A stretch of 64,000 nt of DNA from an uncultured Gammaproteobacteria bacterium (GTDB lineage Bacteria; Pseudomonadota; Gammaproteobacteria; CAWCPV01), in contig CAWCPV010000005.1 in NCBI GenBank assembly GCA_963797555.1, positions 224,001 to 288,000 of the forward strand, in the 5' to 3' direction. Under the pieces are notes generated by a model, which was not told the DNA's origin, ran no database searches, and saw only the letters and a list, made by a program, of their open reading frames with translations. This document shows positions 39,716-48,517 of the stretch, one piece after another. The translations under genes and the position numbers were made by a program. Positions within the stretch are counted from its first letter, which is position 1. Each line of letters begins with the position of its first letter.

Positions 39716-40203
39716 TGATAGAACGCATCAGCCAGCACAAAGTAGTGTTCTTCACCTACGAGATCCAGGACCAGGAGGGCGCCGTGTTCGAGCGCTCCGA
39801 TATACCCATTGGGTACGTGCACGGGGTCCCGGGCCCGCTCTTGGAGGTGCTGGCGCACCATCTGGAGGGGCATGTAGCGGGTGATGCCCTGACCGTGCGG
39901 GTGACTCCCGAGGAAGGGTTCGGCGAGCATCGATCCGATCTGACGTTTACCGACGACATCGAGAACGTACCGCCGCAGTTCCGTCATTTAGGCGCCGAGG
40001 TGGACTTCCAGAACGAACGAGGCGAGACGTTACACGCGGTCGTCTCCCAGATCGAGCGCGGCAGGCTCACTGTAGATGCTAACCACCCCTTGGCCGGCCA
40101 GACCGTCACCTTCCGTGTGCGTGTCGTGCAAGTGCGGGATGCTACAGCCCAAGAGATCGCGAATAGACACCCCGACAGTCCGCTCCCGCCCGTCCTGCAC
40201 TAA
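39715..40203 (+). CDS. FKBP-type peptidyl-prolyl isomerase (SlyD/SlpA-like)
   Basis: YVHG, PEEGFG, VDANHPLAGQTVTF..RDAT; start overlaps the atpC stop (TGATG). Confidence 0.88.
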   Translation: MIERISQHKVVFFTYEIQDQEGAVFERSDIPIGYVHGVPGPLLEVLAHHLEGHVAGDALTVRVTPEEGFGEHRSDLTFTDDIENVPPQFRHLGAEVDFQNERGETLHAVVSQIERGRLTVDANHPLAGQTVTFRVRVVQVRDATAQEIANRHPDSPLPPVLH

Positions 40204-40206
40204 GGC

Positions 40207-41580
40207 ATGGGGCTGAGCGTCGTGGTCTTGGCAGCGGGGGAGGGGGCCCGCATGCGCTCCGCGCTGCCTAAAGTTCTCCACCCGTTAGCCGGTCGGCCGC
40301 TGCTGCACCACGTGCTGGATGCAGCGCGGCAGCTTGCCGCGGACCGCCTATTGGTCGTATACGGCCACGGCGGCGAAGCCGTGCGCGAGCGTTTCTCCGA
40401 TTTGCCCATCCACTGGGTGCGCCAGTCGCGCCAGCTGGGGACCGGGCATGCCTTGGGTCAGGCGCTGCCGGATATCCCGCGCGAAGATTGCGTCTTGGTG
40501 CTCTATGGCGACGTGCCCCTTATCCGCACCGGGACGCTCCAGACACTGGTCGCTGCGGCCAGTGCAGATGATCTGGCATTGCTGACCGCTCACCTCGAAG
40601 ACCCCACAGGCTATGGCCGGATACTGCGCGACGGTGCCGGCAAGATCGCCGGAATCGTGGAGGAGCGCGATGCCACCGAGCTCCAGCGCGCCATTCGGGA
40701 AGTGAACACCGGCTTTCTGGCCGCACCAGCCCGACGGCTCGGGCCGTGGCTGGACAGGGTCGAGAACAAGAATGCCCAGGGGGAGTTCTACTTGACCGAT
40801 GTGGTCGCAGTGGCGCTCGCGGACGGGGCGAGGGTGGCAACGGTGGCGGCGCCTCGGGTGTGCGAGGTGACCGGCGTCAACGATCGCGTGCAGCTCGCAG
40901 CTCTGGAACGGCAGTTCCAGAAGGAACAGGCCGAAACCTTGATGCGCGGGGGCGTGACCCTGCTCGATCCCACGCGGTTCGACGTGCGGGGAACGGTAGA
41001 GGCCGGGACCGACGTGGTGGTCGATGTGGATGTCATCCTGGAAGGTTACGTGCGTCTCGGCGACCGCGCGCGGATCGGGCCTCATACACTGCTGCGCAAC
41101 GTGATCGTCGGGGCTGATGTGGAGATTCTGTCCCACTGCGTCGTCGAGGGCGCAGTTATCGAGGCCGGTTGTCGCGTAGGACCATACTCCCGGGTTCGGC
41201 CTCAGACCCACCTGGCGTCCGGTGCACACATTGGGAATTTCGTGGAGCTGAAGCAGGCGAACGTCGGCGCGCTCAGCAAGATCAATCATTTGAGCTACGT
41301 CGGAGACGCGGCGGTAGGTGCGCGAGTGAACATCGGTGCCGGGACCATCACCTGCAACTACGATGGAGCCGACAAGCACAGTACGGTGATTGGCGACGAC
41401 GTGTTCATCGGCGCGGACACTCAGTTGGTGGCTCCGGTAACGGTGGGAGCCGGCGCCACCATCGGTGCGGGCTCCACCATCACCCGTGACGCTCCCGGAG
41501 GTGAGCTTACGCTCAGCCGGGCCCCGCAGGTGACGCGTCGCGGCTGGAAGCGGCCCGTCAAGGCCAAGCGGGACCTGTAG
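40207..41580 (+). CDS. glmU: Bifunctional UDP-GlcNAc pyrophosphorylase/acetyltransferase
   Basis: LAAGEGARMRSALPKVLH, YGDVP, hexapeptide repeats, NYDGADKH. Confidence 0.97.
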   Translation: MGLSVVVLAAGEGARMRSALPKVLHPLAGRPLLHHVLDAARQLAADRLLVVYGHGGEAVRERFSDLPIHWVRQSRQLGTGHALGQALPDIPREDCVLVLYGDVPLIRTGTLQTLVAAASADDLALLTAHLEDPTGYGRILRDGAGKIAGIVEERDATELQRAIREVNTGFLAAPARRLGPWLDRVENKNAQGEFYLTDVVAVALADGARVATVAAPRVCEVTGVNDRVQLAALERQFQKEQAETLMRGGVTLLDPTRFDVRGTVEAGTDVVVDVDVILEGYVRLGDRARIGPHTLLRNVIVGADVEILSHCVVEGAVIEAGCRVGPYSRVRPQTHLASGAHIGNFVELKQANVGALSKINHLSYVGDAAVGARVNIGAGTITCNYDGADKHSTVIGDDVFIGADTQLVAPVTVGAGATIGAGSTITRDAPGGELTLSRAPQVTRRGWKRPVKAKRDL

Positions 41581-41920
41581 CGGACGGCCGCACCGCTGCG
41601 CCCAAAGGATATGGCCGCCCTAACCTGGTACGTCGTTCCACCAAAAGGTTACGTCACTTCGCCCCGCGGTTCGAAGTTGCGCAGGCGAAAGACGACCGGG
41701 GGGGTTGGTTCATATCGGCGATGTTCCTGAGGATGCTGGGTATATGGACCTAGACGAAGCCCTCGGGCGAGGCGCCGGGTAGGCCATGGTCGCTTTGCAG
41801 ATGTGACCGACTGGTTATCCAGGATGACCCGGATCACGGTGCCTTGGGGGTACGAAGCACGGCCGGCGAACGGCGCTGCGTAGACCGCTTATGGGAACGA
41901 TGTACTAGGGAGGGTGGGTC

Positions 41921-43753
41921 ATGTGTGGCATCGTTGGTGCTGTGGCTCAACGCGATGTGGGCGGGATCCTGATCGAGGGCCTCAAACGTTTGGAGTACCG
42001 CGGCTACGATTCGGCCGGGCTGGCGGTCCTCAATCAGCATCATCATCTGGAGCGGGTTCGGACCATTGGCAAGGTCAGCGCCCTGGAGCGCATCTACCGG
42101 CAGGACCCGCTTCGTGGGCGCATCGGCGTGGCCCACACGCGCTGGGCGACGCATGGCCGCCCCAGCGTCGAGAACGCCCACCCCCAGACCTCCCACGATG
42201 CCGTGGCGGTGGTGCACAACGGCATCGTCGAGAACTACGAGGCTCTGCGGGCGCGGCAGTTGGATGAGGGGTTCGAGTTCACCTCGGAGACCGATACCGA
42301 GGTGGTGGTGCACCAGATATACAGCCATCTGCGAGCCGGCATGGGCCTCCTGGCGGCTGTGCAGACGACCCTGAGGCAGTTGCAGGGCGCCTATGCCATC
42401 GGGGTCATATACAGCGGTGAGCCGCAGCGACTAATCGCGGCGCGCGACGGCAGCCCCCTGGTCGTCGGCCTTGGCATTGGCGAGCACTTCATCGCGTCGG
42501 ACTCCACGGCGCTCCTTCCGGTCACACAGGAATTCATCTACCTCGAGGACGGCGACGTTGCGGATATCACCTCGAGCCAGGTGACCGTCTACAGTTCCTC
42601 CGGCAAAGCCACTAGCCGCGCCCGCCGGTGCAGTCTGCTCAGCGCAGAGTCGGTGGAGCGAGGACCCTATCGCCATTACATGCTGAAGGAGATCCATGAG
42701 CAGCCACGGGCGGTGCACGAAACGCTCGAAGGGCGTATCAGCGGGGGGCGGGTGCTGGAGGAGGCGTTCGGGCCTGAGGCCCGGGAGTTGCTCGACCGGG
42801 TCCAGCGCCTCCAGATCGTGGCCTGCGGGACGAGCTACCATGCCGGTCTGGTGGCGCGGTACTGGTGCGAGGCCATCGCCCGGCTACCTTGCCAGGTGGA
42901 GGTGGCGAGCGAGTTCCGTTATCGGCGCCCCGTGGTCGAGCCCGGCACGCTGGTGGTAGCCATCTCGCAATCAGGAGAGACCGCGGACACGCTGGGCGCT
43001 CTGCGGGAGGCCCGGGCCCTGGGGTTTGCACACACGCTGGGGGTTTGCAACGCGCCGGAAAGCGCTCTGGTGCGGGAGGCGGAGCTCGCACTGATGACCC
43101 GGGCAGGCCCAGAGATCGGGGTGGCCTCCACCAAGGCATTCACGACCCAGCTTGTGGCCCTGCTTCTGCTCGTCGTTGCGCTCGGTCGGCGGCGCGGGCT
43201 GCAGCCCGAGGCCGAGCGTTCGCTGCTGCGGCAGATCACCGGGCTCCCCGCCCAGCTCGAGCAGGCATTGAGCCTCGATCCCGTGATCGAGCGCATCTCG
43301 GAGCAATTCGCCGACAAGCACCACGCGCTCTTCCTCGGCCGAGGTGCGCACTACCCGGTGGCCCTCGAGGGGGCGCTCAAACTCAAGGAGATTTCTTACA
43401 TCCACGCGGAGGGCTATCCTGCGGGAGAGCTCAAGCACGGCCCGCTCGCCCTGGTCGACTCCGAAATGCCCGTCGTGGCGGTGGCTCCCAACAACGCGCT
43501 GCTGGAGAAGCTGAAGTCCAACCTGCAAGAGGTGCGCGCTCGTGGAAGCAGGCTTCTGGTGTTCGGCGACAAGAGCGCGGCGTTCTCACCCGGCCTGGAC
43601 ATGGAAGTGGTCAACGTCGCGCCTACCGAGGATCCTATTTCTCCCATCATCTACACCATACCCCTTCAGCTCCTCGCGTACCACGTGGCCGTGCTGAAGG
43701 GCACCGACGTCGATCAACCGCGCAACCTCGCCAAGTCCGTTACCGTCGAGTGA
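41921..43753 (+). CDS. glmS: Glutamine-fructose-6-phosphate aminotransferase
   Basis: MCGIVG, HTRWATHG, SQSGETADT, PRNLAKSVTVE. Confidence 0.98.
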   Translation: MCGIVGAVAQRDVGGILIEGLKRLEYRGYDSAGLAVLNQHHHLERVRTIGKVSALERIYRQDPLRGRIGVAHTRWATHGRPSVENAHPQTSHDAVAVVHNGIVENYEALRARQLDEGFEFTSETDTEVVVHQIYSHLRAGMGLLAAVQTTLRQLQGAYAIGVIYSGEPQRLIAARDGSPLVVGLGIGEHFIASDSTALLPVTQEFIYLEDGDVADITSSQVTVYSSSGKATSRARRCSLLSAESVERGPYRHYMLKEIHEQPRAVHETLEGRISGGRVLEEAFGPEARELLDRVQRLQIVACGTSYHAGLVARYWCEAIARLPCQVEVASEFRYRRPVVEPGTLVVAISQSGETADTLGALREARALGFAHTLGVCNAPESALVREAELALMTRAGPEIGVASTKAFTTQLVALLLLVVALGRRRGLQPEAERSLLRQITGLPAQLEQALSLDPVIERISEQFADKHHALFLGRGAHYPVALEGALKLKEISYIHAEGYPAGELKHGPLALVDSEMPVVAVAPNNALLEKLKSNLQEVRARGSRLLVFGDKSAAFSPGLDMEVVNVAPTEDPISPIIYTIPLQLLAYHVAVLKGTDVDQPRNLAKSVTVE

Positions 43754-43832
43754 CGGACCCCTCCGTTTGGGAGAAGCTCCCAGCCTACTCAAAAACCGCG
43801 TTGCCCGAGTCGTGGGGCGGCCCGGCCCCGGT

Positions 43833-44520
43833 TCAGGCTGCCCCGGCGTTATCGGGAAACAGCCTGTCGAGCACGACCAACAGGTCCCGCTCGGCGGCAG
43901 CCAGGGTCACCTCCCGCGTGGACTGGTGCTCGGGCCAGTCGGCGAGGGCGGCGTCGAGGACGGCGATGGGGGACCAAGGCTGGCCACGTTCGCCGTCGGG
44001 GCGCTGGTCGTGGTGCAGGATGCCGGAGCTGCTCCTCGAGGTCCCGGCGCACCTCCGCCGGCAGCCCCTCCGGGAAGAATCAGCCGAGCACCGCCGCGTC
44101 GTCCTCCAGCCAGGCGGCAACCGGACCACCGACTCGCGGGGGCGCTGCTCCTTGGTCCGACCGCTGGGGTCGAAGATGCGGAGCTCCGGCGGCAGAGGTT
44201 GGCCGGGGCGCAGGCCGTGACGGTGGATCAGGTCCGGGTCGCCCGCATGCTCGTCGAACCAGTCCAGGGCGTCCGTCCACGTCCAGCCGGTGGCCCTTGT
44301 CTTGCGCCTCCTGGGCGGCCTTGCGCCACCAGTGGTCAAGCAGGCTGTGGCAGCTCGTCCTGGTAGCCCTGGTAGTCCCGCAAGATCAGGGGCTCGGGGC
44401 ATGCCCTTCTGCCCGACCAGCCGGCGGCGAAACTCGCTCGGGCGCTCGTCGCCAGCTCGCCGATGCGGGCCTGGACCAGAGTGGTTTTGCAAGAGCGCAG
44501 CTTTTGACGGTCTGCTGGAA
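43833..44520 (-). pseudogene. Frameshifted 3' fragment of an unidentified gene
   Basis: Coding-like pieces in alternating frames (KTTLVQARIGEL.., LLDHWWRKAAQEAQ.., ALDWFDEHAGD.., PIAVLDAALADWP..LDRLFP). No start codon and no family recognised. Confidence 0.4.
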
Positions 44521-44525
44521 TGATT

Positions 44526-44634
44526 GGCTATGCCTGATGTCGTCGTGTGCTCCGCTTTTGTGAACCGCCCGGTGCGGACCCGCATGCCGTGGTGGTGTGG
44601 GCGCCGGGGGTTAAACACCCCCGGCGTTCCCGAT
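44526..44634 (+). mobile_element. 3' end of a group IIC (attC-type) intron: last ORF codons, domain V and domain VI
   Basis: GGCTATGCCTGA (GYA*), short IIC-type DV GAACCGCCCGGTGCGGACCCGCATGCCGTGGTGGTGTGG (from 44562), DVI hairpin CGCCGGGGG-TTAAACA-CCCCCGGCG, terminal CCCGAT, 3' exon TAGGCA. Confidence 0.88.
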
Positions 44635-44648
44635 TAGGCAGATACGTT

Positions 44649-44906
44649 TCATCCTCGCTTTGTTGTCAGTTTGATGGACTTGAATTCGTCGAAAATGCTC
44701 TTCAACACGGCATAGAATTCAACTTGGAAACGTTGCATGGTGTCTTGCCGCAGCCTCCCGTCTGCAAGTTGGCCTGAGAAGGAGGCAACCATGCCCGCTC
44801 CGGTGAAGAACTCACGACGTTCTGCTGAGTGTGAATCAGGCCAGTCGCGGAGGCGTGCATACAGCCGGTGTTCTCGGTCGCGCTTTGGCTGGAGCAATGC
44901 TTTCAT
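44649..44906 (-). CDS. Hypothetical protein in integron cassette 2 (possibly a fusion of two deleted cassettes)
   Basis: ATG with GGAG RBS just after the attC core site GTTTGGG; stop is 8 bp before the TGCCTA inverse-core remnant. Confidence 0.55.
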   Translation of the reverse strand: MKALLQPKRDREHRLYARLRDWPDSHSAERREFFTGAGMVASFSGQLADGRLRQDTMQRFQVEFYAVLKSIFDEFKSIKLTTKRG

Positions 44907-44917
44907 GGCTCCGGTGA

Positions 44918-44974
44918 CCCAAACGGCGCGCTCAACCGGCGCTGTCAAGCGTCCGGTTCGAGCGCTGGTTCGGT
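44918..44974 (-). other. Integron attC site (57 bp)
   Basis: ACCGAAC-CAGCG-CTCGAACC-GGACGCT-TGAC-AGCGCC-GGTTGAG-CGCGCC-GTTTGGG: R''/5 nt/8-nt L'' and 7-nt L'/6 nt/R', with two extrahelical bases. Confidence 0.9.
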
Positions 44975-45610
44975 GCTCTTTACTTCTATGATTCTCTTGC
45001 TTGGGACAAGCAGAACCGCGACGCTGTCGACCATAAAAGGAGTAGATCTTAGGCTTTGCACCAGAAGATCGATGACGGCTTGATGGTTCGGATTATATTC
45101 CCAGAAGTGAGGGAGTTCATTGAAAACCAGCAGGAGCGTCGATCCCCCGTCTGTCCGGTAGTCCCTGAGAGACTTCTTACGCCCGAGCGAGAGTGCCCTA
45201 TGAACGGCCTCAATATGAGGGCTGATGTCGTTGTGATCCCAGACCTCCGTATCAGTGAAGCCTCGTTCGTTTAGCTGCCGGCCTTCCTTCACGGCCTTCC
45301 GGCCATCCATCGGCCATGTGATCTCTACGAGGTGGTCCGTGCCTTCGGTCAGGTCTCGCACGACCCCGTCACCTGCCAGCGTGCCGGACAGGAGTGAGCA
45401 AAGGACATCAGTCCGATCGCCGTATTTCCAGTCGCAGAATACGCTAAATGGCAGCAACTCCTCGGAAAAGGTCTTGTGCGGCTCCTTCTTCAGCCGAGCC
45501 GGCTTCACCAACTCTGGATGTCTTCTGATATGCTCGTAGGCACTATTTACATATTCCACTAACTCGCGAGGTGTCCGCTGAAGATGAAATTCCTCCTTGG
45601 ATATCCTCAT
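44945..45610 (-). CDS. Hypothetical protein in integron cassette 1 (possible restriction-endonuclease-like fold)
   Basis: Intact 221-aa ORF, visibly lower GC, AAGGA RBS, bounded by core GTTCGGT and complementary inverse core ACCGAAC; GDGVV..LVEIT motif. Confidence 0.8.
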   Translation of the reverse strand: MRISKEEFHLQRTPRELVEYVNSAYEHIRRHPELVKPARLKKEPHKTFSEELLPFSVFCDWKYGDRTDVLCSLLSGTLAGDGVVRDLTEGTDHLVEITWPMDGRKAVKEGRQLNERGFTDTEVWDHNDISPHIEAVHRALSLGRKKSLRDYRTDGGSTLLLVFNELPHFWEYNPNHQAVIDLLVQSLRSTPFMVDSVAVLLVPSKRIIEVKSTEPALEPDA

Positions 45611-45627
45611 GGCGCTTCCTTGTTTTC

Positions 45628-45717
45628 ACCGAACATGAAGTCGACATCCTAAATGGTGCCACAGATTCCTACAGCCATGGCATGTAGCGTGCCATCCGTT
45701 GCCCGGATGCGTTGTGG
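45628..45717 (-). other. Cassette core site GTTCGGT with upstream attI-like or half-attC sequence
   Basis: TGTCGAC-TTCAT-GTTCGGT simple-site spacing. Further upstream, CCACAAC-GCATC-CGGGCAAC-GGATGGCA-CGCTACA-TGCCAT resembles half an attC. Confidence 0.5.
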
Positions 45718-45726
45718 GGTTTATGG

Positions 45727-46630
45727 GGCGTTGTTACACAAATCCCCCGGTTGAGCGGTAGACTGGACCGCGGGATGGCTTGGAGCCGACAAAGGGGGGG
45801 CATGGGCAAGAGCACGAGGCGTATCGTCAACCGGGCCGAGTACAACGAGGCTCTGGTCAAGCGCGGCTCCATCACCTTCTGGTTCGACGAGGGTTTGTGA
45901 GGCTTGGCACCACAAGGGGCCCCAGCAGGGCCGTGGGGTCGGCAAGACTTACAGTGACGTCGCCATTCAGACCGCCCTGATGCTGAAGATGCTGTTCAAC
46001 CTGCCGCTGCGCATGCTGGAAGGCTCCCTCGGCTCGGTGATTGAGCTCATGGCTCTGGCGCTCCAGAGCCCGGACTACAGCACCATCTCCAAGCGCGCTC
46101 GCAAGCTCGAGGTGGCCATTCCCCGGCGAGTGCCGCAAGGGCCGGTCGATGTGGTGGTGGACAGCTCCGGGGTGAAGGTCTACGGCGAAGGCGAGTGGAA
46201 GGTGCGCACCCATGGGGCGGACAAGCGTCGGGTCTGGCGCAAGCTCCATCTCGCCGTGGACCCCGCAAGCCACGAGGTCATCGTTGCAAGCCTCACCACC
46301 GTCTCGGTGGGCGATGCCCAAGCGCTGCCCAGGCTCTTGGAGCAACTGCCTGCCGAGGGGTCGGTGGGGAGCCTCTATGGCGATGGGGCCTATGACACCG
46401 AGGGCGTCTACCAAGCGGCTGAAGCCCGTGGGGCGAAGCCTGTCATCGCGCCGCGGCGTACCGCCGTTTCCTGGCCCGCGGGGCATCCCCGTAGCCGCGC
46501 CATCGAGGCCTGCCGCAGCGAAGGGCGCAAAGCGTGGAAGCAGGCGGTGGGCTACCACCGACGAAGCCTCGCCGAGACCGCCATGTGCCGGTACAAGCAA
46601 GTGATCGCCCCCGGGAACGGTTCGCTTTGA
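45727..46630 (+). mobile_element. IS5-family (IS903 group) element; frameshifted, 3'-truncated, right end missing
   Basis: Left IR GGCGTTGTTACACAAATC. Transposase from 45802: YNEALVKRGSITFW, PDYSTISKR, DSSGVKVYGEGEW, WRKLHLAVD, GDGAYDT, YHRRSLAETAM. Confidence 0.92.
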
Positions 46631-46631
46631 T

Positions 46632-48275
46632 TCAGGGCATTGTGCAGGTTTCCGGCTCGGCGTTGCGCAGCCGGGAGATCTCCTGACGCAGTCGGCGTTC
46701 GTCGATCTTCAGAAAAACGGCCGCCAGTTCGGAGCCGTCCTCGGCTGTCCGCCACCACTGCGGAGTTGCCACCCCGGCCAGTGCATTCAGGCCATCGACT
46801 ATCGCAGTCGCCTGCGTCGTGTTCCGCGGATTGAGCTTCGACAGAAACACGTAGCGGGCCGGACCTCGCTCTATCGCTGTTAGCATGCTGCACCTCGCAG
46901 TGGCACGGGGAAATGGTATTCCCTGCCGGTCCGCCAGGAGGGCGAGATAGTCGGGCGTGTCCCACAGCACTACCGACCTCGGGTCGGTCGCTGCGCGAAT
47001 GCGCTGCATGTCGTCGAAGAGCCTCAGGTGCAGATCGGCCTTGCGCCGGGCGGCAGGCAAATCCGGTACCCGATAGAACTCGCTGATGCGACTGTAGTCG
47101 CGCGGCACGCGCTGACCCGCGCGGTGCACGACGAAGGCCAGCGAGGGCGCGGAGGCGGACAGAAGCAGCAACAGCAGCAGGTGCGGGGCGTAACGCCCCG
47201 CTCGGACGCGGCAGAGCCGATCGCCCAGAGCCTTGGCCACCCAGGCCGCCTGCAAGAGGAGCAGAGGGAAAACCGGATACAAGAACCTGACCATCTGGTC
47301 CGAGGTGGGCCAAGCAATGGCGATAGCTAAGTAAATCAGTATGTACCAGCCGTCGAGCCTGCCCCGGACTGCGCCGCCGACGGTGCCGGCCGCGGCCAGT
47401 ACGGCGCCGACGGTTGCCACCAGGTACCCTGGCGTGTAAGGGCTCGTCCAATAGAAAATCGTGGAGGTGAGCCAGGCGGGGAAGACGGCCGCCCATTGGG
47501 GAGAGACCACCTCGACGAAGCTGGCGACCGAGGCGCCGCCCTGCCCCAGGTGTTGGACCAGGCCCGCGGCCAGGGAGCCATACAGCCCGATCCCCTCCAG
47601 GGAGCGCAGCCAGACCCAGGCGGACAGCGCGACGACGGGGACACCCAGTACCGCGAGCCGAGGGAGTCTCCGACCGTTCTGGGGCGTGCGATCCAACACC
47701 GTCGAAACCGCATAGGCGGCGACCAGCGCAACGCCTATGACACGCGTCAGCACCACGGCAGCCAGTAGTAGACCGAGAGCGGCCAGCAGCCACGGAGACG
47801 ATTGCGGGCGTGAATGCTGCCGGTCGTGCAGGCAAAAGAAGGCCAGAGTGAGCGCCAGGTACAAGTTCTCGCTGAGGATGCCGAGCAGGTTCCACCACGC
47901 GGCAGGCGATGTCGCGAAGAGCACGCTCGCGATCAGCGCCGCCGAGCGTGAAGCGAGGCGCCGTGACCCGTAACAGTACATGGCCGTCCAGGCCGCGGCG
48001 AAGCAGGCGGCGACCACCAAGTGGGCATACAGAAAGCGGTGGGAGGCCCCGAGCAACCCGAGCAATAGCGGAAACAGCGGCGGATAATTGGTCTCCTGGG
48101 AGAACGTTCGCCGCACTGCCTCGCTGGCTTCGGAATAGGGCGAGAATACTTGAGCCTGGATCAGGTAGCTGACGCTGTCGTCGGCGAACGACGACAGCCC
48201 ATCGTGCCATACGAACCATACCGCGAACGACAGCACGCCGAGGAATGCGGCGCCAAAAGTCACGCGGAAAGGCAT
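46632..48275 (-). CDS. Polytopic GT-C-type glycosyltransferase (ArnT/PMT-like)
   Basis: DDSVSY after TM1, YPPLFPLLL, LSENLY, LLxAxxxLTR, RFLYPVFP; multiple TM segments. Confidence 0.75.
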   Translation of the reverse strand: MPFRVTFGAAFLGVLSFAVWFVWHDGLSSFADDSVSYLIQAQVFSPYSEASEAVRRTFSQETNYPPLFPLLLGLLGASHRFLYAHLVVAACFAAAWTAMYCYGSRRLASRSAALIASVLFATSPAAWWNLLGILSENLYLALTLAFFCLHDRQHSRPQSSPWLLAALGLLLAAVVLTRVIGVALVAAYAVSTVLDRTPQNGRRLPRLAVLGVPVVALSAWVWLRSLEGIGLYGSLAAGLVQHLGQGGASVASFVEVVSPQWAAVFPAWLTSTIFYWTSPYTPGYLVATVGAVLAAAGTVGGAVRGRLDGWYILIYLAIAIAWPTSDQMVRFLYPVFPLLLLQAAWVAKALGDRLCRVRAGRYAPHLLLLLLLSASAPSLAFVVHRAGQRVPRDYSRISEFYRVPDLPAARRKADLHLRLFDDMQRIRAATDPRSVVLWDTPDYLALLADRQGIPFPRATARCSMLTAIERGPARYVFLSKLNPRNTTQATAIVDGLNALAGVATPQWWRTAEDGSELAAVFLKIDERRLRQEISRLRNAEPETCTMP

Positions 48276-48448
48276 GCTCGTCCCCGTCCGAATGCCTTCC
48301 CGGGACACGGCGCCAACAGCGGGGCGGTCACTCAGGGCCAGGATCTCCCGTCGGGACGACAAGCGCGGGAGGCGCCGGGGAGGGCTGACGAACAGCGTTC
48401 AATGCATTCGTAAGTGCAGGGCCGACACACCGGTTGCGGTCTGCGAGC

Positions 48449-48465
48449 GTGATACTTTTGTGATA
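48449..48465. promoter_or_regulatory. Tandem direct repeat, candidate OmpR-family operator
   Basis: GTGATA-N5-GTGATA (11-bp period) about 50 bp upstream of the response regulator. Confidence 0.4.
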
Positions 48466-48517
48466 TTAGCGGCGCTAAGATTCCACAGCAACGCAGCACA
48501 GTACTGGAGGTGAAGGG

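Noticed and set aside
41581-41920. glmS ribozyme
   Set aside because: The conserved AGCGCC..GACGAGG core was not found.
43721-43830. Tn7 insertion at attTn7 after glmS
   Set aside because: The TnsD-binding glmS 3' end is present, but there is no TGT-starting Tn7 end, no repeated TnsB sites and no tns genes.
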